64,000 nucleotides of DNA from positions 1,536,001-1,600,000 of the forward strand of contig OZ242311.1 of NCBI GenBank assembly GCA_965207885.1, written 5' to 3'. The DNA is from Candidatus Latescibacterota bacterium (GTDB lineage Bacteria; Latescibacterota; UBA2968). The notes under the pieces are model-generated. The model was given only the letters and a program-made list of their open reading frames with translations. It was not told the origin of the DNA and did no database searches. How positions within the stretch are numbered: the stretch's first letter is position 1; each line of letters begins with the position of its first letter. The position numbers and the translations under genes are program-made. Positions 56,592-64,000 of this stretch are shown here, one piece after another.

Positions 56592-57941
56592 CTACAACCC
56601 CGTGATATAGAGGTCGGAGAAAGGCTGAGTCAACGATTGTTTGGCTTCTGCCATCACCGCGTCCATATCGTCATTCCATTCGGCATCCGGCGGAAACTTA
56701 TTCAACCTGACGAATGCCCGGTCTTTCGATTCTTTCTTTAGATGCACCTCAAGCCACTTGAGGATCGTCATGCTATGGGTGGAGATCACTACATGAACCC
56801 CCTGACGAGCCAACTCAAAAAGGAACTCCGCCATCTCAACCTGCCAGGCTGGATGCAGATTCGCCTCGGGTTCATCAATGAACAGGAAAGAACCGGGTTC
56901 TAATGCCCCTCGTTCAATTAGCAACGCCAACATACCCATGTTGGCAACCCCAGCCGACGTAAGAGAGAGCGGAAATGACCCACCACTTGTTTGAAATTCG
57001 AGATCGCCCGCCTCACTCAGCACAATTTTCCCTCCAATCGCATTGTGCAGACCTTTGTGAATCTCGGCGAAAGGATGATCAATGCGCTGTCTTCTGAGAG
57101 CGACGACCACATCGTAAAAATAAGATGGGACTCCGCTCAAGGACCTCCAGGAAGAGGAACTCGAGTCGAGCTTAATTGATTCCAGAGGATTTTTCAGCTT
57201 CCAATAGAGTTGGGACTCTAAATAGAAGGCTTCGGGAAATGATTGCGAATTTTGAACGATTTGCGGATCGAGTATGAAATTGAATTGGTTTGCTTCTTCC
57301 AAACTCCCTAATCCTTGGACGCTGAAAGACAAGGGGGAATCACCGACTCCTTTGAGCTGTGAAATATCAGATACTTGAAAATTTCCGCTTACATTCTGGC
57401 GAAACTTCCAGGCCCATCCGATATTAATCATCAGTTCCTCATTCCTGAAAACCTTGTCCAACGCATCTATGCTATCTTTGATGTATCCGTGAAGCTGTAA
57501 TACCTCGGAGCGGTCTTCTTCTCTTTCAATGTTGTTTTTTAGGATTTGGAAATGGGTCTTCATCGCCTCAATTTCTGCTATCACTTCGGGTTGCACCGAC
57601 TTGAGCACATCGAGTTCATTTTGGCTCACACTGCTTGAGGCCGCTTCCCGCAAGAGAGAATCAATTTTTTGCAATGCCCTTCTAATGCCAGACCTGGCGC
57701 GTTCTCCTGTCGCACCAAAATCTCTATTCAATTCTAAGATGCGGTAAATCAAACTGACGTCGTGCGCTTCAAAAAACACGAGCGCAGGATTCGCGTTTAT
57801 CGCTCCAAGCATCGAATAGAGCATCTTCGCCACAAAGGTCTTGCCAGTATTGTTTGGCCCAGCGAAGACCGTGAACCGGCCCACCTGTATGGTCGCTTCG
57901 TCAATTGGCCCAAAATTCTGAATTTTTAACTCGAGGTCCAT
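56592..57941 (-). CDS. ABC-type AAA ATPase (AAA_15/AAA_21-like)
   Basis: RBS AAGGAGG; IQNFGPI, GPNNTGKT, SAG signature-like, FIDEPEANLHP, STHS. Confidence 0.9.
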   Translation of the reverse strand: MDLELKIQNFGPIDEATIQVGRFTVFAGPNNTGKTFVAKMLYSMLGAINANPALVFFEAHDVSLIYRILELNRDFGATGERARSGIRRALQKIDSLLREAASSSVSQNELDVLKSVQPEVIAEIEAMKTHFQILKNNIEREEDRSEVLQLHGYIKDSIDALDKVFRNEELMINIGWAWKFRQNVSGNFQVSDISQLKGVGDSPLSFSVQGLGSLEEANQFNFILDPQIVQNSQSFPEAFYLESQLYWKLKNPLESIKLDSSSSSWRSLSGVPSYFYDVVVALRRQRIDHPFAEIHKGLHNAIGGKIVLSEAGDLEFQTSGGSFPLSLTSAGVANMGMLALLIERGALEPGSFLFIDEPEANLHPAWQVEMAEFLFELARQGVHVVISTHSMTILKWLEVHLKKESKDRAFVRLNKFPPDAEWNDDMDAVMAEAKQSLTQPFSDLYITGL

Positions 57942-57989
57942 AAGTCCCTCCTTAACAGCCGTACGACAAACCGTGCCCTAACGCGTATT

Positions 57990-59441
57990 TTATCCCAATT
58001 TCTCCCGCAATAGTTGACTCGCCTTTTGGGGATTGGCCTGGCCTTTTGTAGCTCTCATAAGTTGCCCCATAAAGAACCCCATAAGCTTTTGGTCGCCGCC
58101 TTTAAACCGCTCAACCTCGTCGGGATTATCCGCAATAATCTGATCGATCACGCCATCGAGTTCACCCGCATCGCTGATCTGTACAAGCCCCTTCTTCTCA
58201 ACAATAGCCGCAGGACTATCCCCTGTCTCCACCATATCGTCGAAAACCGTTCGCGCGATACTGGTGCTAATATCGCCCTTATCGATCAAACCAATCAATT
58301 CCGCGAGATATTCGGCTGAAACACACAAATCGCCAATCGCGATCTTCCGATCATTCAGAACGCGCATCACATCGCCCTGTATCCAATTGGCCGCGAGCCT
58401 GCTCTGCACACCCACCGCAACCGCAGCTTCAAAATAATCCGCAATATCTCGATCTGCGGTAAGCACATCGATCTGATCGCCGGAAATATCGTAAACCTCT
58501 GCAAAACGCGCGCGTTTGTCCTCTGGCAACTCTGGAATCTGGCTCTGAACGCGCGCGACCCAGGCATCATCTACGACCAATGGGACCAGATCCGGATCGG
58601 GAAAATAGCGATAATCGTCCGACTCCTCTTTTGTACGCATAGCCCGCAAAATATTGCGATCGGGATCATAGAGCATCGTCGCCTGCTCGATCTCACCCCC
58701 GGTCTCAACCAAATCAATCTGCCGTTGAATCTCGGACTCGATAGCGCGCTGGCAATTGCGAAAAGAATTGACGTTCTTGATCTCGACCTTCGTACCGAGT
58801 CGTGTTTCCCCAACGGGCCGAATCGACACATTGGCATCGATCCGCATATGTCCCTTTTCCATATCGCCTTCGGACACCCCCGTGTACACCAGCAATTGAT
58901 GCAAACTCGTCAGATAGTGAAAAACTTCCTCCGACGTCGAAAGATCCGGCTCACTCACAATCTCGATAAGCGGCACGCCACAGCGATTGACATCCACGAG
59001 AGACTCCCCTGCAGCCACAAAGGCCTCCTGGTGGATGCTCTTGCCAGCATCTTCTTCCATATGGATACGCGTAAGGCGAATGGTCTTCCTACCACCGTCA
59101 GCCGTGGGCACATCAACACCCCCACCAGTAGCCAGAGGCATTTCTTCATTGGATTGAAACTGCGAGATTTGATACCCCTTGGGCAGATCGGGATAAAAAT
59201 AATTCTTCCGCAAAAAACGGCTGCGAGGTTGAATCGCGCAACCCGCAGATAGTGCAACGCGCATCGCCAGTTCAACCACATTCTGATTCAACACGGGAAG
59301 CGCGCCAGGCAAGCCCAAACACACCGGACAGACATGGGTATTGGGATCGGCGCCAAATTCAGCGCTACATCCGCAAAAAATTTTCGTAGTGGTCGCAAGT
59401 TGGGCGTGCACTTCCAGACCGATGACAGACTCGTAATTCAT
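57990..59441 (-). CDS. gatB: Asp-tRNA(Asn)/Glu-tRNA(Gln) amidotransferase subunit B
   Basis: [48 protein letters not shown]. Confidence 0.98.
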   Translation of the reverse strand: MNYESVIGLEVHAQLATTTKIFCGCSAEFGADPNTHVCPVCLGLPGALPVLNQNVVELAMRVALSAGCAIQPRSRFLRKNYFYPDLPKGYQISQFQSNEEMPLATGGGVDVPTADGGRKTIRLTRIHMEEDAGKSIHQEAFVAAGESLVDVNRCGVPLIEIVSEPDLSTSEEVFHYLTSLHQLLVYTGVSEGDMEKGHMRIDANVSIRPVGETRLGTKVEIKNVNSFRNCQRAIESEIQRQIDLVETGGEIEQATMLYDPDRNILRAMRTKEESDDYRYFPDPDLVPLVVDDAWVARVQSQIPELPEDKRARFAEVYDISGDQIDVLTADRDIADYFEAAVAVGVQSRLAANWIQGDVMRVLNDRKIAIGDLCVSAEYLAELIGLIDKGDISTSIARTVFDDMVETGDSPAAIVEKKGLVQISDAGELDGVIDQIIADNPDEVERFKGGDQKLMGFFMGQLMRATKGQANPQKASQLLREKLG

Positions 59442-60895
59442 GACGCCAACTCTCTTTCAACAACCGCAGACGCGCTCAAAATGGTCTCTTCGGCAAAAGT
59501 ATTGCCGAGCAACTGCAAGCCTATGGGCAAGCCTTCGGTCGATGTACCACATGGCACCGAAATACCGGGAATACCAGCGAGATTCACGGAAACAGTATAA
59601 ATATCGGAAAGATACATCTGAAGCGGATCGTCGAGTTTTTCACCCAGCTTAAATGCCGGAGTAGGCGATACGGGCGAAGCGAGGAGATCGCAGGATTCAA
59701 ACGCGCGCTCAAAATCCCGACGAATAAGCGTGCGCACCTGTTGCGCCTTGCGATAATACGCATCGTAATACCCCGCACTCAGCGCATAAGTCCCCAGCAT
59801 AATGCGACGCTTGACCTCTGCGCCAAAACCCTTGCTCCGCGTTTGAACATACATATCAATCAGGTTTTCTGCCTCATCGCGGAACCCGTATTTCACCCCA
59901 TCATAACGCGACAAATTTGACGATGCCTCAGCCGTAGCGATAATATAATATGCGGCAATTGCAAAAGCGGGATGTCCGGCAGTTGGCAGCGAAACTTCGC
60001 GAATAGACGCGCCATTTTTTTTCAGAATTTCAACCCCCTGCATGACAGCATTGCGAACATCGGATTGCAGACCTTCGCCGAAAAACTCCATCGGCAAGCC
60101 AATGGTGAGACCATCAACGCCTCTTTGGCAAGCCAAAAGGTAATCGGGTACCGGTACATGGGCAGAGGTAGAATCTCGGGAATCGTGCCCGGCGATGACA
60201 CCGAGCAGGGTGGCCGCATCTTCGACAGTACGCGCAAATGGACCAATCTGGTCGAGAGAAGAGGCATAAGCGATCAAGCCATAACGAGAAACGCGACCAT
60301 AAGTGGGTTTGAGGCCCACCACACCGCAGAAAGATGCGGGCAAACGAACAGACCCCCCAGTGTCAGACCCCAGAGTCATAAGAGCCTGACCGGCAGCAAC
60401 AGCAGCTGCAGAACCACCGCTGGACCCGCCTGTTACTCGGGTCTGATCGCGTGGATTTTTGACCGCACCAAAATGGGAATTTTCGCTGGAAGAGCCCATG
60501 GCAAACTCATCCATATTGAGTTTGCCCAGGATGATTGCATCGGCTTGACGCAGACGGGTAACAACGGTTGCATCATAAGGTGGGGTAAAATTGTCGAGAA
60601 TTTTTGAAGCACAGGTCGTGCGCAGCCCTTTGGTACACAACACATCTTTCAGGGCAATCGGGATGCCGGCAAGAGGGCCAGGGGCCTGACCCTCTGCGGC
60701 CTTTTGATCGACAGCATCTGCAGCTTTGAGCGCGCCTTCTTCATCAATGGTGATGAAGGCATTGATATCGGGATTTGTATTTTGGATGTGCGCGAGGATT
60801 TCTTCCGTTATTTCGCGGGCAGTGTGCGTACCCCTGCGAATGCCCTGTACAAGCTCCCGCGCTGTTTGGACGGAAAAAACAGAGTCGTCAGACAC
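59438..60895 (-). CDS. gatA: Asp-tRNA(Asn)/Glu-tRNA(Gln) amidotransferase subunit A
   Basis: GTG start; amidase signature [36 protein letters not shown]. Confidence 0.98.
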   Translation of the reverse strand: MSDDSVFSVQTARELVQGIRRGTHTAREITEEILAHIQNTNPDINAFITIDEEGALKAADAVDQKAAEGQAPGPLAGIPIALKDVLCTKGLRTTCASKILDNFTPPYDATVVTRLRQADAIILGKLNMDEFAMGSSSENSHFGAVKNPRDQTRVTGGSSGGSAAAVAAGQALMTLGSDTGGSVRLPASFCGVVGLKPTYGRVSRYGLIAYASSLDQIGPFARTVEDAATLLGVIAGHDSRDSTSAHVPVPDYLLACQRGVDGLTIGLPMEFFGEGLQSDVRNAVMQGVEILKKNGASIREVSLPTAGHPAFAIAAYYIIATAEASSNLSRYDGVKYGFRDEAENLIDMYVQTRSKGFGAEVKRRIMLGTYALSAGYYDAYYRKAQQVRTLIRRDFERAFESCDLLASPVSPTPAFKLGEKLDDPLQMYLSDIYTVSVNLAGIPGISVPCGTSTEGLPIGLQLLGNTFAEETILSASAVVERELAS

Positions 60896-60907
60896 CCTGC
60901 CTCCAGA

Positions 60908-61162
60908 TTACGATTTTGTTTCTGTACCCGATGTGGTCTGTGTGGTCTGTGTGGTCTGCGTGGTCTGCGCGGGTTGCTGTTCGGGGGGCAGATCAGTATT
61001 GACGTTATTTTCTATTTCGGTCTGAACGTCTTTCACACCACGCTTAAATTCGGTAATGCCCTTGCCCAGTGACTGGGCAATTTCGGGAATGCGTTTTGCA
61101 CCAAATACCAGCAAAACAACGACCAAAATCATCACGATTTCCCATGGTCCCATGCCGAACAT
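60908..61162 (-). CDS. tatA: Twin-arginine translocase TatA/E
   Basis: MFGMGPWE...LLVFG.KRIPE....GKGI.EFK. Confidence 0.95.
   Translation of the reverse strand: MFGMGPWEIVMILVVVLLVFGAKRIPEIAQSLGKGITEFKRGVKDVQTEIENNVNTDLPPEQQPAQTTQTTQTTQTTSGTETKS
60932..60967. repeat. 9-bp tandem repeat x4 in the tatA tail (QTT)4
   Basis: (TGTGGTCTG)3 CGTGGTCTG. Confidence 0.9.
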
Positions 61163-61183
61163 ATCGCACCTCCAAAAATTAAC

Positions 61184-61462
61184 TCAATAGGAATACTTGA
61201 CGTAATACCAGGCTATTCCTATACCGAGAAAGCTCAACACATTGAAGTTGAGCGAAAAACCAAGTGTAAGGGTCATAACGATCAAGTTGATCTCAATGGG
61301 ATTGAGCTTATAGACATAAGATTCAATAAGCACTTTTTCTACCACATTATTTTCCAAACCGAGACCGTCAAAAATAACAGCGAGGATCTGACCAACCACG
61401 TTACCGGCAAGAATGCCGATAACAATCGCAACAATGAGAATTCCCAGACTTTTTCGCCCCAT
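61184..61462 (-). CDS. Small membrane protein (DUF4321-like)
   Basis: TM helix with G..VG.IL; INL.V.TLTLGFSLNFNVLS..G. Confidence 0.75.
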   Translation of the reverse strand: MGRKSLGILIVAIVIGILAGNVVGQILAVIFDGLGLENNVVEKVLIESYVYKLNPIEINLIVMTLTLGFSLNFNVLSFLGIGIAWYYVKYSY

Positions 61463-61490
61463 AACCGCGCTTTTTTAAAAAGGTGAATTT

Positions 61491-62222
61491 TTAGTCCCGT
61501 ACATCTGCCACTTCGCGGTTTGTGATAGTGTAATACAACCATCTGAACAGGCCAGATAAGGAAATGGCGAGTGCCATGGGAAAGAATACTTCATAAGTAT
61601 AAAAAAACATAAGCACAATAACACATAGTAGAAAAATCAAGCGAACGCGATCGCGTCTGGTTTCAATAGATAACCTCGAAAATACACTGTATTCGATTGT
61701 ACTGATCATGAGAAATGAGAGCACAACGCACAGGGCAATGGCAATATGAGGCGCGTGGGTACTACTCTGCCACACCCGTTCTGTAAAAAGAATATATGCG
61801 GCCAGAGTACCCGCTGCCGTTGGAATCGGGAGGCCGAAGAAACTCTCTTTGTCAAATCCCTTTAATTGTGCGTTGAAACGCGCCAGCCTCAGCGCACCGC
61901 ACAGAAGAAACAAAAAACAAACGACAAAAGGCAACCAGCGAATGACCAGCAAGGTATCGAGATAGTACAACATGAGCAGAGCCGGGGCCACGCCAAAAGA
62001 GCAGACATCGACAATGGAGTCAAATTGGACGCCAAAGTTGCTGGACGTATGGAAGTATCGCGCAATTTTTCCGTCGCACGCATCGAGAAGTCCCGCAATA
62101 ACGATGAGAAGTGCTGCTCCGATAAAACGCCCATTCACAGCGTAGTACATAGATAAAAAGCCACAAAACAAACTGCTAATGGTAAACAGGCTGGGCAGTG
62201 CTGCTTTGGCATTCATTGACAT
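61491..62222 (-). CDS. pssA: CDP-diacylglycerol--serine O-phosphatidyltransferase
   Basis: LPSLFT, D..DG.IAR.....S.FG..FDS..D..SFGVAP, LRLARFN, F.GLPIP. Confidence 0.92.
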   Translation of the reverse strand: MSMNAKAALPSLFTISSLFCGFLSMYYAVNGRFIGAALLIVIAGLLDACDGKIARYFHTSSNFGVQFDSIVDVCSFGVAPALLMLYYLDTLLVIRWLPFVVCFLFLLCGALRLARFNAQLKGFDKESFFGLPIPTAAGTLAAYILFTERVWQSSTHAPHIAIALCVVLSFLMISTIEYSVFSRLSIETRRDRVRLIFLLCVIVLMFFYTYEVFFPMALAISLSGLFRWLYYTITNREVADVRD

Positions 62223-62237
62223 GACTCCAATCGGGAA

Positions 62238-63362
62238 TTACTCGTTGCGCGGGTCGGCCTCTAAGACGAGTTGGGTATCAAATACGCGACCTCCTCGACC
62301 ACGCAAAATTTTGAGACCAAATGTATCGCCAACAGCCGCGTACCGAAAAGCATCTACGACATCATCTGCACTACTGGTGTGTTTATCGTTGACCATCACA
62401 ATCACATCGCCGGGCAGCAACCCGGCACTTTCGCCCGGGCTGAGGGGATCAACGACGGTGATCAAAGCACCTTTAATTGTCTGAACCCCAAGGGTGCGAG
62501 CAATGTGCGAGTTGATGTTGTGAATGTCCAGCCCGGTCCAGAACTCGCGGCTACCCTGGTCAATGAGCTGGCAGGCCACCTGGATTGCGCGATCAATGGG
62601 CACTGCAAAACCGATACCCAATGATCCGCCCTGTGAAAAAATAAATGAATTAACGCCAATAACTCGGCCGAGACTGTTCACCAGAGGGCCGCCGCTGTTG
62701 CCCGGATTAATTGAAGCATCCGTTTGAATCATGCCTTTGTACGCGCGTTCGTTTTGCTCTGGGCGAACAATGCGATCTACTGCACTAATAACACCAACCG
62801 TAACGGTGGGGTTGAGATCTTCAAAGTGCAGGCCGAAAGGATTTCCAAGCGCGATTGCCCATTCGCCTATAATGACGCTTTCAGATGTCCCAATCTCGGG
62901 AACATAGAGGCTATCGGAATCGATTTGCAAAACTGCAAGGTCCCACTGGCGATCTATAAAAACGTCGAGAACATCAAAACCACGCCCGTCGGGAAAAATT
63001 ACAAAAATTTCCTTAGCACCATCGACAACATGGCTGCTGGTCAGGATATAACCATCGGTTTGGATCACGAACCCCGAGCCGATTCCGGGAATGCGCTGCC
63101 TGTTGGACAAAGGTTCAAAGGGTTCAAAAAAGCGATCGGGATATCGGGGATAATCCCGATCGTAAACCGTGTTGATACTAACGACGGCTGGTGCCACATT
63201 TTCAATCGCTCGAACAATGGCATTTCGGCGCGAAGTATCAATACTTGTACTTACCGCGCTCGTGTTGGACGAAGACCGATTGAGCAGGGGAAATAGTGCC
63301 AGGCCAATGCACAGGCCCAATAGCAAAATCAGCAGGGGGTGCTTCACGGCACTCATCCTCAC
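62238..63362 (-). CDS. HtrA/DegS-like trypsin serine protease with PDZ domain
   Basis: GSGF, HVV, DLAVL, IQTDASINPGNSGGPL, one PDZ domain. Confidence 0.94.
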   Translation of the reverse strand: MRMSAVKHPLLILLLGLCIGLALFPLLNRSSSNTSAVSTSIDTSRRNAIVRAIENVAPAVVSINTVYDRDYPRYPDRFFEPFEPLSNRQRIPGIGSGFVIQTDGYILTSSHVVDGAKEIFVIFPDGRGFDVLDVFIDRQWDLAVLQIDSDSLYVPEIGTSESVIIGEWAIALGNPFGLHFEDLNPTVTVGVISAVDRIVRPEQNERAYKGMIQTDASINPGNSGGPLVNSLGRVIGVNSFIFSQGGSLGIGFAVPIDRAIQVACQLIDQGSREFWTGLDIHNINSHIARTLGVQTIKGALITVVDPLSPGESAGLLPGDVIVMVNDKHTSSADDVVDAFRYAAVGDTFGLKILRGRGGRVFDTQLVLEADPRNE

Positions 63363-64000
63363 GGAAGTTCATCGTCGTAAATCACCCTTTCGAGAAACAA
63401 ACCCTGGGCAGGAGCGGATTCTCCGGCACTTTGGCGGTTGCGAGCACCGAGAATATCGTGCATAGATTCGGCTGGTCGCGCCCCTCGGCCCATTTCTACG
63501 AGGGTGCCAACGATGCTGCGCACCATTGCGCGTAAAAAGCGATCACCGGAAATATGAAATGTAAGCCCGTCACTCTGCCGTTGCCAATCGCAGGTATAGA
63601 CCTGGCAGACTCGATTTTCTTTTTCATTGGCCGCCACGCAAAAGGACGTGAAGTCGTGCCGACCAATGAGAACTTTGCTCGCCCGTTTTATCACATTCAG
63701 GTCGAGTTTGCGACGTATATACCACGCATAGTGCCGGCCGATGGGCTGTTTGTTATACCGGATGCAATAAAAATAATAACGGCGCTGGGCATCGAAACGC
63801 GCGTGAAAGTCAAGATCGACATAATCGGCACTTTTGACGGCAACATCGGGTGGTAACATGCCATTGAGCGCGTGCTGCAAGCGATCGAGCGGAATATCGC
63901 GCGAAGGCGTAAAATTGACGACCTGCCCGAGTGCGTGAACGCCCGCATCTGTGCGACCAGACGCCGTAACCGATATCGATGCACCATAGAGTTGCTCAAG
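63359..64000 (-). CDS. truA: tRNA pseudouridine(38-40) synthase, 5'-truncated by the window edge
   Basis: Frame extends to the edge: ASGRTDAGVHALGQV, FHARFDA..R.Y, G.HDF.SF, FLRAMVRSIVG, APAQGLFL. Confidence 0.96.
   Translation of the reverse strand, partial: LEQLYGASISVTASGRTDAGVHALGQVVNFTPSRDIPLDRLQHALNGMLPPDVAVKSADYVDLDFHARFDAQRRYYFYCIRYNKQPIGRHYAWYIRRKLDLNVIKRASKVLIGRHDFTSFCVAANEKENRVCQVYTCDWQRQSDGLTFHISGDRFLRAMVRSIVGTLVEMGRGARPAESMHDILGARNRQSAGESAPAQGLFLERVIYDDELP

Noticed and set aside
60932-60967. 9-bp tandem repeat as a contingency locus or CRISPR-like array
   Set aside because: In-frame (QTT)4 in the disordered TatA tail; no spacers, and copy-number change would not shift the frame.
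59438-61162. Absence of gatC next to gatA-gatB
   Set aside because: gatC is often unlinked in FCB-group genomes; loss cannot be inferred from one window.
1-64000. Many long antisense or alternative-frame ORFs in the track (e.g. 19864-20667, 21891-22754, 14188-14940)
   Set aside because: Shadows of well-supported genes, with no recognisable motifs or RBS.
1-64000. CRISPR array, tRNA, rRNA, integrase or prophage
   Set aside because: None recognised by eye; intergenic gaps are short and lack repeat-spacer or cloverleaf patterns.

Overview
Bacterial chromosomal window of roughly 50% GC (visual estimate). The content points to an FCB-superphylum organism, probably Latescibacterota/Gemmatimonadota-like (inference): a TonB receptor with a large secreted FN3-like partner, a dockerin/EF-hand-type domain, many sulfatases and PhyH dioxygenases, and tatA-gatA synteny. 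Left to right: TonB-dependent receptor locus; xdhC-coxE-coxD-nudix cluster; phosphate regulon (porin-pstS-pstC-pstA-pstB-phoU, divergent ppk1) with 11-bp-period Pho-box arrays; a catabolic stretch (sulfatases, Ldh_2, Rieske + amidohydrolase-fold protein, PhyH, S55 peptidase); a metal cassette (TolC, permease, ZIP); MATE and a sugar ABC transporter; pectate lyase; a ~10-kb accessory/defence island (48.1-57.9 kb); and housekeeping gatB-gatA-tatA-pssA-htrA-truA. The most interesting observations: (1) a type III R-M operon whose Mod methyltransferase carries an antitoxin-like C-terminal tail and is translationally coupled to a RelE toxin placed between mod and res, a possible toxin-guarded R-M system; (2) a 1.63-kb transposase-less cassette bounded by perfect 25-bp inverted repeats, carrying a 2-TM SLATT-like gene, three tiny ORFs and a ~250-nt highly structured RNA-like region; (3) a candidate ~57-nt Pho-box-driven small RNA with an anti-Shine-Dalgarno seed downstream of phoU. 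No rRNA, tRNA or CRISPR array was seen. All family calls come from motif recognition by eye, not database searches.
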